Below, piece after piece: positions 27,109 to 35,501 of a DNA stretch of 64,000 bases. Made by a program: the position numbers and the translations under genes. Each line of letters opens with the position of its first letter. The stretch's first letter is position 1. The DNA is taken from contig CACWUA010000001.1 of assembly GCA_902763905.1 (NCBI GenBank), positions 66,291-130,290 on the forward strand, in the 5' to 3' direction. The notes under the pieces are model-generated. The model was not told the origin of the DNA, searched no databases, and saw only the letters and a program-made list of their open reading frames with translations. Source of the stretch: an uncultured Pseudomonadota bacterium (GTDB taxonomy: Bacteria; Pseudomonadota; Alphaproteobacteria; RF32; CAG-239).

Positions 27109-27138
27109 GATAACGGCAAACTGACGATAGAAAAATAA
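27109..27138. repeat. Right copy of the 30-bp perfect direct repeat (orphan copy of the LD-carboxypeptidase 3' end)
   Basis: Identical to 23360..23389 but not attached to any ORF. Followed by a bidirectional terminator. Confidence 0.9.
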
Positions 27139-27150
27139 AGGGTTATAAGT

Positions 27151-27186
27151 AAAAAAAGCCTTGCATTTGAGTGTAAGGCTTTTTTG
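27151..27186. terminator. Bidirectional intrinsic terminator
   Basis: AAAAAAA-GCCTT-gcatttgagtgt-AAGGC-TTTTTTG between the orphan repeat and the stop of the minus-strand glycosyltransferase gene. Confidence 0.65.
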
Positions 27187-27194
27187 CTTTTTAG

Positions 27195-29411
27195 TTATTG
27201 TTTATTGGGGCAAATTTCTTCCAATTTTTCTATCAGTTGTTCGCGGATATTTTCTTTTGTGTAAAAGAATGAATCATAAATTTCGCGCGTGCGTTCATCT
27301 ATTTTGAAATCATTTTCGCAATATTCAATTACTCGATTAACAACCGCGTCTTCATCAAAAAACACATCGGGAAGAATATATTGTTTATAATTAAATCTAA
27401 CTAAGTCTTTGGCATCAAAGCGATTTAAAGCGCGGTCATCTTTATCTAAAATATAGAAAACAACCGGCTTATATTGAAACATAAAATCAAACGCCACCGA
27501 TGATAAATCTGTTAATAAACAGGAGCATTGTCTGATATATTGAGAAACCTTTCCGCCGTCAACTATCTTAATATTTTTTTCTTCGGATAAATTAAAGTTA
27601 ATGTGGGCGTTTCCCGAAAGTGCATGGTGCGGTGCAAAATATAAAGTAATATTATTTTGCGATAAATATTTATTTAATTTAGTGTTATGTAGCAGGCTTA
27701 ATAAATTCTTTTTATACAAAGAGTTTTCAAAAGTAACACCGTTTAAGCCGCGCCATGTCAACATCATTAGAATACTTTTTTCTTTAGGTTGCGGCATATT
27801 TTTAAGTAAATCCCATCTCGGCAAGCCTGCTTTTATAAGCTTTTCTTTGGGAAAATTATATTTCTGCCAAAGATTTTCTTCGCGGTCGGAACATACAAGA
27901 AATTTATCAAACTTTTCCGGATACAAATAGCCGTTATACAACACACTTTCTTTCATAAAAGTCGGTCCGTGTTGAATAAAGACGTATTGCCATGAGGGTT
28001 GTTTTTTGAAAAACATATCAGCCGTGCCGGAATTTTCACCGAATGAGGTTAAAATACACTTGGTTCGGTATAAAACTTGGTGTATTTTTTGCATAAATTC
28101 ATTAGGATGAGTGCGAGTTGAAAAATTCAAAACAATTATATTTTCCAATTTATTTTCGGCCACCAACTTTTGATAAAGCGCAGTTTGTTTACGCACCACA
28201 TAATATGCAGGAATATCTTTTTTCCGCATTTTTTCAAACAATGAATAAGCGTCAATTGCTTCTGCCGTTTCATCATGTAGACAATCAAACAATAAATAGG
28301 TATCTTTCGGATATTTTTTATAGTTTTTGCGAACCAAGTTTATATAATGTTGCTCCGCACCCAAACGCCCGCAACGACGCTTTATTTTAAATTTTACACT
28401 TCCAATTTTTATAACGGTATGTCGTGGCTGTTTATAAACAGAAATATATTTTTCAAATAATTTTTTAATTTTATCCTTAAAGCGAATACGACAATATTTC
28501 TTCATTTCGTAAAATTCTTTAGCGGTTAAAAATTTTTTTATATATTTGATAAATCTATGCCTGATTTCTGCCGAAAGATTATTATATGTCCAAGCACAAT
28601 TCATTGTTTTAAAATAATGCATATTTAACGACATTTTTTCTGTAAGTCTTTGGGAAGCAATAAACTCACTCAAATTATCTGCTATCTTGCAAAAATCAAT
28701 ATATCTCATATCATAGGCTCGCAAAATAGAAGTCTTGCGCAAACGATAAATATATCCGGCATAATCAATATAAGAAACAGCTTGAGCTAATATATGACTT
28801 TTTATAATAAAAGGACAATCCTCAAAGCACATATTATCGGTGAAAATAATATTATTTTTTTGTAAAAATTCACGGCGATAGATTCTATTCCACGAATAGC
28901 AAGGAGAAACCAACAATGTATCCAATAATGTCTCACGGTCAATGTTTTCGTCTGAAGGAATATCAACTGGTTCGGCTTTAATATATTTTACGGCTTTTTC
29001 AAAGAAATGCTGCGGAATAATACGGCTAGTCCATTCTTGATAGCGCACATAATCACAAATCACAATATCAGAATCCAAAGTTTTTGCCTGATTATACATT
29101 TTTTCATACATATCTTCTTTAACCCAATCATCTGGGTCAACAAAGCCGATATATTCTCCGCTTGCCGCTTGCATACCGTTGTTGCGAGCCACTCCCGGTC
29201 CGCTGTTTTCTTGGTCAATGACTTTAATGCGTTTATCTTGAAAAGCAAAATATTTTAAAACAGCCAATGAATCATCGGTAGAGCCGTCGTTGACGCAAAT
29301 GATTTCAATATCTTTTAAGGTTTGATTTATCAAAGAATCCAAACACTTTCCCAAATATCCTTGCACATTATATACCGGAACAATTATACTTATTTTAGGT
29401 TTGGTCGTCAT
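27195..29411 (-). CDS. Bifunctional GT2 glycosyltransferase / CDP-glycerol glycerophosphotransferase (TagF-like) protein
   Basis: N-terminus ISIIVPVYNVQGYLGKCLDSLINQTLKDIEIICVNDGSTDDS plus DPDD (GT2). C-terminus VFIQHGPTFMK and LLTDLSSVAFDFMFQYKPVVFYILDKDD match the TagF/TagB Glyphos_transf signature (xxTDYSSxxFDfxxxxKPxxfY). Confidence 0.8.
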   Translation of the reverse strand: MTTKPKISIIVPVYNVQGYLGKCLDSLINQTLKDIEIICVNDGSTDDSLAVLKYFAFQDKRIKVIDQENSGPGVARNNGMQAASGEYIGFVDPDDWVKEDMYEKMYNQAKTLDSDIVICDYVRYQEWTSRIIPQHFFEKAVKYIKAEPVDIPSDENIDRETLLDTLLVSPCYSWNRIYRREFLQKNNIIFTDNMCFEDCPFIIKSHILAQAVSYIDYAGYIYRLRKTSILRAYDMRYIDFCKIADNLSEFIASQRLTEKMSLNMHYFKTMNCAWTYNNLSAEIRHRFIKYIKKFLTAKEFYEMKKYCRIRFKDKIKKLFEKYISVYKQPRHTVIKIGSVKFKIKRRCGRLGAEQHYINLVRKNYKKYPKDTYLLFDCLHDETAEAIDAYSLFEKMRKKDIPAYYVVRKQTALYQKLVAENKLENIIVLNFSTRTHPNEFMQKIHQVLYRTKCILTSFGENSGTADMFFKKQPSWQYVFIQHGPTFMKESVLYNGYLYPEKFDKFLVCSDREENLWQKYNFPKEKLIKAGLPRWDLLKNMPQPKEKSILMMLTWRGLNGVTFENSLYKKNLLSLLHNTKLNKYLSQNNITLYFAPHHALSGNAHINFNLSEEKNIKIVDGGKVSQYIRQCSCLLTDLSSVAFDFMFQYKPVVFYILDKDDRALNRFDAKDLVRFNYKQYILPDVFFDEDAVVNRVIEYCENDFKIDERTREIYDSFFYTKENIREQLIEKLEEICPNKQ

Positions 29412-30370
29412 TTTCTTCTCCTATTTCTGAACCAAATTTTCAAAATTCGCATTATAACTTTCAATGAAAGTTCGTTATAATAAAAACATTCCGCTTGTCG
29501 CAGCTGATAAAGCATAGAAAGTAAAAAATCGTCGAGTACAGGCTGATTTTGCCGTTCATGATATACGGCATTTACCATATGCTTGATTGAAACTGAAATC
29601 CGCTTTTTACGCACCATCGGCCACAAATGTTTTCTTGTCTCGTCCGAAAAGTAGTGCCATACCGCCCGAATACCGATAATAAAATGCCCGACTTTGCTAA
29701 TATCAAATGTGCTGCGTATAGTTGATACATTGTCTGTGTTATAGGCATATAAACCGTAGGGAACTTCGGCATAAGCATCAATATCGGCAAATAGGCAGGT
29801 AATCCACGGCCAATCTTCAAAATAAATGCCCTTAATGAATTTACGGTTGCGAACTAAATCGGCACGATATAATTTATTCCACACAACCGAGCCGGATTCT
29901 TCATTTTGCAGAATATTCAACAATGCCGGTTTTTTAATAACATATTGTAAATTACTAATATCAATCGGATTCGCATCATAAATTTTTGTCTGTTTGGTTG
30001 CGACTACGGCGCATTCGGATTCTTTCAATGCTCTATATAAAATCTCTAAAGTCTGCGGATGAATAAAGTCATCAGAGTCCAAAAAATATACATATTTCCC
30101 TTTAACATTGCTTAACGCAACGTTTCGCGCTTCTGATTGCCCCATATTTTGCTGAAATATAACCTGAATACGACTGTCTTCGGCGGCATATTGCTTCAAA
30201 ATCTCGCCGCTTAAATCAGTCGAACCGTCATCAACACATATAATCTCAAAGTTTTGATATGTCTGTGCCAAAACACTGTTTAAGCACTTTTGCAAATACG
30301 CCTCTGTGTTATATATCGGAATTATGACTGATATCTTATCTACCGATATACTATGTGCATTTTTTTTCAT
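29408..30370 (-). CDS. GT2 family glycosyltransferase
   Basis: ISVIIPIYNTEAYLQKCLNSVLAQTYQNFEIICVDDGSTD and DSDD. Start set at MKKNAHS (ATG 30370), 7 nt after an AAGGAAG RBS, rather than the ORF-track start at 30397. Confidence 0.85.
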   Translation of the reverse strand: MKKNAHSISVDKISVIIPIYNTEAYLQKCLNSVLAQTYQNFEIICVDDGSTDLSGEILKQYAAEDSRIQVIFQQNMGQSEARNVALSNVKGKYVYFLDSDDFIHPQTLEILYRALKESECAVVATKQTKIYDANPIDISNLQYVIKKPALLNILQNEESGSVVWNKLYRADLVRNRKFIKGIYFEDWPWITCLFADIDAYAEVPYGLYAYNTDNVSTIRSTFDISKVGHFIIGIRAVWHYFSDETRKHLWPMVRKKRISVSIKHMVNAVYHERQNQPVLDDFLLSMLYQLRQAECFYYNELSLKVIMRILKIWFRNRRRK

Positions 30371-30398
30371 CACAACTTCCTTTAGTTCAAGCCACAAA

Positions 30399-30631
30399 CA
30401 AAAAGCCGCTTAAAAAAGCGACTGGAAGTTGGTAACAATGCAATAGGATTGTGCGACATATTAGCCATAACCGGCATACATCTCGCGAATAATATATGTA
30501 GTTTTAAAACGGCGTATTTTGCCGCCTTCCAGTCATATACCATATATACATGACCGGTAGACGCGCAACCTTACGTCTTTATATACTTTCTATTGCAGAG
30601 GCTACCACACCCCGAACAGGCCTCCCTGTCT
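30399..30631 (-). ncRNA. Structured leader or small RNA upstream of the glycosyltransferase/TagF operon (unclassified)
   Basis: Minus sense: several hairpins (GAGGC...GCCTC, AGACG...CGTCT, CCGGTCAT...ATGACTGG). A 9-bp long-range helix GACTGGAAG/CTTCCAGTC (plus 30526-30534 with 30420-30428). Terminal hairpin GTCGCTT-tttt-AAGCGGC-TTTTT ends about 25 nt before the RBS of the next gene. Confidence 0.45.
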
Positions 30632-30637
30632 GCCGAT

Positions 30638-30666
30638 ATCATAAAACAGATATTTAAAAGTGTCTA
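30638..30666 (-). promoter_or_regulatory. Candidate sigma70-like promoter for the structured leader
   Basis: Minus sense TAGACA-N17-TATGAT directly downstream of the ABC exporter stop codon. Confidence 0.35.
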
Positions 30667-30699
30667 GCAAAAATTAGCGGATATCAATAAAAACACCTA

Positions 30700-32655
30700 T
30701 TAAGCTATTTGAGTTTTGTAAAGCGCGGCATATTCGCCGTCTTTGGCGAGCAGTTCTTCATGAGTGCCGCGTTCAACAATTTCTCCGTTGTTAATCACGG
30801 CAATACAATCGGCATTGCGAACTGTAGAAAGCCTGTGTGCTATAACCAACACGGTGCGGTTTTTCATCAAATTATCAATTGCTTGCTGCACGATTTTTTC
30901 CGATTTGTTATCAAGCGCCGACGTAGCCTCGTCCAAAATCAGAATCGGTGCATTTTTTATAAATGCCCGTGCAATGGCGATTCGCTGCTTTTGCCCGCCC
31001 GAAACCAGAACGCCGCGCTCGCCGATTTCGGTATCCAGCCCTTTATCCAGCGAAGCGATAAATTCCTCCAAGCAAGCCGCCTTAATCACCTCGTTCAGGC
31101 GTTCTTCCGAAACATCGGTGCGGCCGAGCAAAATATTTTCTCTGATTGTGCCGCCGAACAGAAAATTATCTTGGAATACAATGGCGATATTGTCGCGCAG
31201 ACTTTCCAAACTTATTTTTCTGATATCCGTGCCGTCAATGGTTATGGCGCCGCCGGTAACGTCATAAAAACGCGGCAACAATACGGAAATGGTGGATTTT
31301 CCTCCGCCGGAATTACCTACCAAGGCAATAGTTTCTCCGGCTTTTATCTCGAGATTAATGTGGCGCAAAACCGGTTTATTTTTAACATAGGCAAAAGAAA
31401 CATCTTGGTAACTGATTTCACCGCGGCATTTTTTCAGCTCCACGGCATCAGGTTTGTTTTTGATTTTATCAACAGCGCTCAATTGATCTGACACACGGTC
31501 TACAGCCATTAAAGAAACAGCGATATTACTTGCATTGTTACCGATGGATTTGAGCGGATTGTACAGCATTACCAGTGAGGTAACAAACGAGGCAAAATTA
31601 CCGACGGTAATCTGATGAGAAACTATTAAATAGCTGCCGAACCATATAACAAAAGCAATGCCGAATGAAGATATGACGTGCATTGACGGAGAAATTATTC
31701 CGGTTTTTTTCTTCATTTGCAGAGTCATATCAAAGGCGTTATTTATATTGTTCGCAAATTTCTGTTTACAAAAATCAAATAAATTATAGGCGGTAACGAT
31801 ACGATTACCACTGAAAATTTCATTGTAATCGCGATAAATTTTTGCCATCAAATCCGTATCTTTTGAAACCACGGCATTGAGTCTCTTTTTGACTTTAGTC
31901 AGTGGCAGCAATGCTCCGAATAACACGATAGTTGCTACAATAGCCAATTTCCATGAGTTATAAAAAAGCACAACCAAGAGCGACAGCGAGGAAAAGAAAC
32001 GCGTTGAAAACAGGCGCATACTGTTTAAGAGACCGCCGCATGCCGATTCGGCATCTTGATTGAAACGCATCAAGACAAAGCCGGAATCATTTTTATCAAA
32101 AAAAGTAGCATCGCGATGCAGTAAAGTATTGAACAGCTTGCGCTTTAAATCCAAAGATATTCGGCTTCCTACCCAAGTATTCAGATAAGTTGCGATATAA
32201 GTGAAAACGGCCTGCAAAATGCTGAAAACCACAATCATCAGCGGAATATACATTGTCCAACCGGCTTGTTTTTCTATCAAGACTACATCCATAAAAGGTT
32301 TGAGTGACCAAGCAATAACTGCGTCCATAGTACCGATAGGGATGGTAATAACAATGGCCAGTAGGGTGCGGACCCAATACGGTTTGGCATAAGGCAATAT
32401 AAACATATAGCTGTGCAAGGCTTTTTGTGCGGATAATTTATTGTAAATTTTGTGTCGTGCCGAATAGATAATGGCAGCGATTCCCCAGAACAAAACATAA
32501 AAACCGACAATAATGCATAAAATATCAATCTTTACCGCATCAATAACGAATTCAAGCGGAAACTTAATCGGCGCAACATACCATAAAGAGCGGCTCAATA
32601 CTGCAATCAGCAATAAACCGATAATAAAGATTGCAAAAAAGCGTACGGCTTTCAT
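30700..32655 (-). CDS. ABC exporter, fused permease/ATPase (MsbA-like)
   Basis: N-terminal multi-TM domain. Walker A GNSGGGKST, signature VSGGQKQRIAIARA, Walker B ILILDEATSALD, H-loop VIAHRLS. Confidence 0.88.
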   Translation of the reverse strand: MKAVRFFAIFIIGLLLIAVLSRSLWYVAPIKFPLEFVIDAVKIDILCIIVGFYVLFWGIAAIIYSARHKIYNKLSAQKALHSYMFILPYAKPYWVRTLLAIVITIPIGTMDAVIAWSLKPFMDVVLIEKQAGWTMYIPLMIVVFSILQAVFTYIATYLNTWVGSRISLDLKRKLFNTLLHRDATFFDKNDSGFVLMRFNQDAESACGGLLNSMRLFSTRFFSSLSLLVVLFYNSWKLAIVATIVLFGALLPLTKVKKRLNAVVSKDTDLMAKIYRDYNEIFSGNRIVTAYNLFDFCKQKFANNINNAFDMTLQMKKKTGIISPSMHVISSFGIAFVIWFGSYLIVSHQITVGNFASFVTSLVMLYNPLKSIGNNASNIAVSLMAVDRVSDQLSAVDKIKNKPDAVELKKCRGEISYQDVSFAYVKNKPVLRHINLEIKAGETIALVGNSGGGKSTISVLLPRFYDVTGGAITIDGTDIRKISLESLRDNIAIVFQDNFLFGGTIRENILLGRTDVSEERLNEVIKAACLEEFIASLDKGLDTEIGERGVLVSGGQKQRIAIARAFIKNAPILILDEATSALDNKSEKIVQQAIDNLMKNRTVLVIAHRLSTVRNADCIAVINNGEIVERGTHEELLAKDGEYAALYKTQIA

Positions 32656-32810
32656 CCTGTTTTTTTTACCCTGTTTTTTGATTCCATTTAATTATAACAA
32701 GCAATATAAAATATTTTTTATGCGCTGACAATAAGAATATTAATTTTTTGCTTTTTAATAGACATTTTATAAAATACAATCTATACTGCACAACAAACAA
32801 GGAGAAAAAA

Positions 32811-33776
32811 ATGGCACGTATTAATGATGAATTTTATTCAGATATATACATCACACCTGATAAACAAGTATTTGTTCCGGATCCGCGCACGGAAAACGGC
32901 TTAAAACAAATAATGCCGGATGATTTTGACGTTTTTTATGATTTATTGGAACGCTCATTTACCGGCCGTTCCAGCTATTCCATAACTTATGAAGACTTTT
33001 TCTTCCGTGTGGAGCGTACCGTTTCAATGTATGGCGTTTTGTTTTGTATGCGTAAAATGCCGAAAAAGGTGCCGGATTTGACGGCTTTGGGCTATCCTCC
33101 GGCATTGATTAATTATTTGGCTACGCTCGGCAATGCTTCGGGGCTTATTTTGCTTGGCGGAGCTACCGGTTCCGGTAAAACCACGACCGTATCCAGTTTG
33201 TTGCGTGAATATTTAATCCGCAACGGAGGATTTGCATACACCATTGAAGACCCGTTTGAAATGCCGCTTGATGGCGAATATAGAGCGATGAACGGTTCTA
33301 TCGGAATGTGTAAACAAACTCAGCCGATAAACGATGACTGGGGAGCTTCGTTGCGCTCGGCATTGCGCTCGCGTCCGCGTTATATTTTGGTGGGCGAAAT
33401 TCGTACTCCGGCAACCGCCAGTGAATGTTTGCGTGCCGCTACTTCCGGACACTTGGTGTTATCTACAATTCACGCCAACAACGTTGCCGATGCCATTGAT
33501 GCCATAGTTAAGCATGCTTCCGCCGGAGAAATGAGTGAGGAATTAGCCTTCGACTTACTCTCACGCGGTATTTTGGGCGTTTTACACCAGCAACTCATAG
33601 GAGCAGGTAAAAAGCGTCCGGTGGTGCAATTCCTTTTTGCCAATCCGATTACTACTCAAGGCGATCAAACACGTAATATTATCAAAACCGGTAAAATTAA
33701 TTTGGCCACCACTATTGAAATGCAGATGACGCGTATGAGACAAGGTCGTCCATTGTTCGACGCTCCGGAAAATTAA
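32811..33776 (+). CDS. PilT/PilU-family hexameric ATPase (possible pilus retraction ATPase)
   Basis: Start at MARINDEF after AAGGAGAAAAAAA. FRVERTVSMYGVLFCMRKMPKKVPDLTALGYP, Walker A GGATGSGKTTT, IEDPFE, Walker B/Asp box ILVGEIR, His box SGHLVLSTIHANN. Confidence 0.8.
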   Translation: MARINDEFYSDIYITPDKQVFVPDPRTENGLKQIMPDDFDVFYDLLERSFTGRSSYSITYEDFFFRVERTVSMYGVLFCMRKMPKKVPDLTALGYPPALINYLATLGNASGLILLGGATGSGKTTTVSSLLREYLIRNGGFAYTIEDPFEMPLDGEYRAMNGSIGMCKQTQPINDDWGASLRSALRSRPRYILVGEIRTPATASECLRAATSGHLVLSTIHANNVADAIDAIVKHASAGEMSEELAFDLLSRGILGVLHQQLIGAGKKRPVVQFLFANPITTQGDQTRNIIKTGKINLATTIEMQMTRMRQGRPLFDAPEN

Positions 33777-33810
33777 ATGTTATCTTGGAGATATGTAATA
33801 CTACCGGTTT

Positions 33811-34362
33811 TTACCGAAAAGTCCATATAACAGTGTTGCTGCCGGATATACATTTATTGCGAGTGGCATAACTTGCTATCGGCAGCGGATTTTTCTCGTC
33901 TCCCCAAGCAAATTCGGTGCGTCCTTCATCATTGACAATAGTGATTTTCTGCAGTCCCAACTGCTGTTTCTTATCTATCGGCAATTCACTTAAATTGATG
34001 CAAGCCGACTTGCTTAGTCTATTTAGAGCAATGTCAAAACTGTTATCGTTGGGCATGGAAACATCACCTTGAGTACCTTGACCTACATGCCACGTATAAT
34101 CGGTACATTTCAGCAATACTTTATCAATCAGCGAGGCTTCTTTTGCCAGATTATCGGATAATTTCCAATAACTCGGCTGATCACGATAATAGTTGCGAAT
34201 ATTGTCGGCGGTGCGGCAAATTGCTGCGTGCAAATCTCGATGCGGGTTATGAAATAAAACATAACTCAAAGTGATGATGGCAAACAACAGACACAAGGCA
34301 ATTATCACACCGTTAAAGCCTTGTTTTCGAAGTTTATTAAAGTTTAAATATATCTTATCCAT
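33811..34362 (-). CDS. Pilin-like protein in the prepilin (R64 PilS / BfpA / TcpA) position
   Basis: Start set at MDKIYLNFNKLRKQG-FNGVIIALCLLFAIITLSYVLF (ATG 34362, 1 nt after the upstream stop). It has a charged leader ending in Gly, a roughly 22-aa hydrophobic helix, and a C-terminal Cys pair. No Glu at +5. Confidence 0.45.
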   Translation of the reverse strand: MDKIYLNFNKLRKQGFNGVIIALCLLFAIITLSYVLFHNPHRDLHAAICRTADNIRNYYRDQPSYWKLSDNLAKEASLIDKVLLKCTDYTWHVGQGTQGDVSMPNDNSFDIALNRLSKSACINLSELPIDKKQQLGLQKITIVNDEGRTEFAWGDEKNPLPIASYATRNKCISGSNTVIWTFR

Positions 34363-34363
34363 C

Positions 34364-35488
34364 TTAAGATTTACCCATAGAACTGGTAATTTGATCCTGC
34401 ATGTCGAATGTACCGAACACCGCCCAAGCAATAATACCCGAAACAAACAACATAGCAATAATGTTCATCACCTCGGCTTTTTGCTCAATTAAATATACGG
34501 ATTCCTCCAGCCATTCATTAGCCAATTTATCCAAAGCTTCTTCAAAATTATCCAATTCGGAATAAACTTTCAAATCGGAAATAATTTGTTTATCCGGAAA
34601 TTCGTGCTTTGCTTTAGACAATGCTTGTCCTAGGTTGTCACCGTTTTTAATATGAAACAATGCACCGTCAATGCGTTCGCGCAAATAACGGCTGGCATCT
34701 TTACGCAGAGACGTAAGCGCGACCGACACCGGAACTCCGCCTTTAACCAGTGCGGAAAGTGCTAACAACCATGTAATACCGGTAAATATTTTATATAGCG
34801 ACCATGGCGGAAATCTATCAAATTTTACTCTGATTTTACCGGTCCAGACTCCGATGGTAAAATAAATGGTTGCGCCGATTATCGGCAAAATTGCGAATGC
34901 AAGTACCCAGTTTTTCTGAATCCATTCCGAAAGATTGACGAGTGAACGCGCCGTACCTGTCCATATAGTATTCGGAGCGGCACTCAGCATCGGCGGCACC
35001 ATATATACACCGATAGCATACAAAATCAGCACAGCCATCATCATTAAAAATGAAGGGTAGGCAATAGCGCTGACAATCGGACGAATCATGCGCGAGGAAC
35101 CTTCTGATACTTTAATAAGGTTGAGCAATGCACTTTCCAAATCGGAAACATCACCAACCGAAAGCATCAAACGCTCACGATCCGGAGCCCAACCTTTGAG
35201 GGCATCTGAAAACGGATGACCTTCTTGCAATGAGCGCCCCCAAGAGCTGATGGCGATTGCCATCGGATCATTTGGGTGTGAACCTTCCTCGGAAACACCG
35301 CTGTAAATCATATCAAGCGAGTTCATCAATGAAAACCGGTTGCGTAAAAGAGCTGCTAATTTACGATATATTTTAAGCCTGCCTTTATTTGACATATTGC
35401 ACATAAATTTTGCATATGTCAGCATCCACTTGTTTGTGGTTCCCATAGCGGCTCGACTGAAAGCACTTCTCTTTTTAATCTCCGGCAT
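34364..35488 (-). CDS. Type II/IV secretion platform protein (T2SS-F / PilC family; R64 PilR-like)
   Basis: 374 aa, three TM segments, duplicated T2SS-F-like helical modules (LRNRFSLMNSLDMIY... and HIKNGDNLGQALSKA...). Confidence 0.75.
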   Translation of the reverse strand: MPEIKKRSAFSRAAMGTTNKWMLTYAKFMCNMSNKGRLKIYRKLAALLRNRFSLMNSLDMIYSGVSEEGSHPNDPMAIAISSWGRSLQEGHPFSDALKGWAPDRERLMLSVGDVSDLESALLNLIKVSEGSSRMIRPIVSAIAYPSFLMMMAVLILYAIGVYMVPPMLSAAPNTIWTGTARSLVNLSEWIQKNWVLAFAILPIIGATIYFTIGVWTGKIRVKFDRFPPWSLYKIFTGITWLLALSALVKGGVPVSVALTSLRKDASRYLRERIDGALFHIKNGDNLGQALSKAKHEFPDKQIISDLKVYSELDNFEEALDKLANEWLEESVYLIEQKAEVMNIIAMLFVSGIIAWAVFGTFDMQDQITSSMGKS

Positions 35489-35501
35489 TTTACACTATCT
35501 C

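Noticed and set aside
30399-30631. Known RNAs for the structured region upstream of the GT operon: SRP/4.5S RNA (GGAAGGCGGCA vs GGAAGCAGCC), 6S RNA, RNase P, tmRNA, and an ops/JUMPstart element (GTGTGGTAGCCT vs GGCGGTAGnnT)
   Set aside because: Each resemblance covers only a few nucleotides. The defining conserved cores (SRP domain IV, RNase P GGAAAGTCC, tmRNA tag frame, exact ops GGCGGTAG) are absent.
30709-31491. 260-aa and 167-aa plus-strand ORFs inside the MsbA-like gene. Similar long antisense ORFs occur at 16712-17149 (in tyrS), 20204-21041 (in uvrA), 47616-48095 (in virB4) and 8876-9337 (in the kinase).
   Set aside because: They lie antisense to genes with unambiguous conserved motifs, have no RBS or recognisable domains, and show the compositional bias expected of shadow ORFs.
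32811-33776. Interpreting the PilT-like ATPase as the VirB11 of the T4SS
   Set aside because: The His-box SGHLVLSTIHANN and the N-terminal FRV...R motif look more like PilT/PilU than VirB11. The gene is 11 kb from the VirB operon, on the far side of the pilus cluster and convergent with it. VirB11 is expected downstream of virB10, beyond the window. This is not fully excluded without a phylogeny.
33811-34458. ORF-track start of the pilin-like gene at 34458 (adds MLCCLFRVLLLGRCSVHSTCRIKLPVLWVNLK)
   Set aside because: That extension overlaps the last 95 nt of the T2SS-F gene in another frame. ATG 34362 lies 1 nt after that gene's stop and yields a sensible leader peptide.
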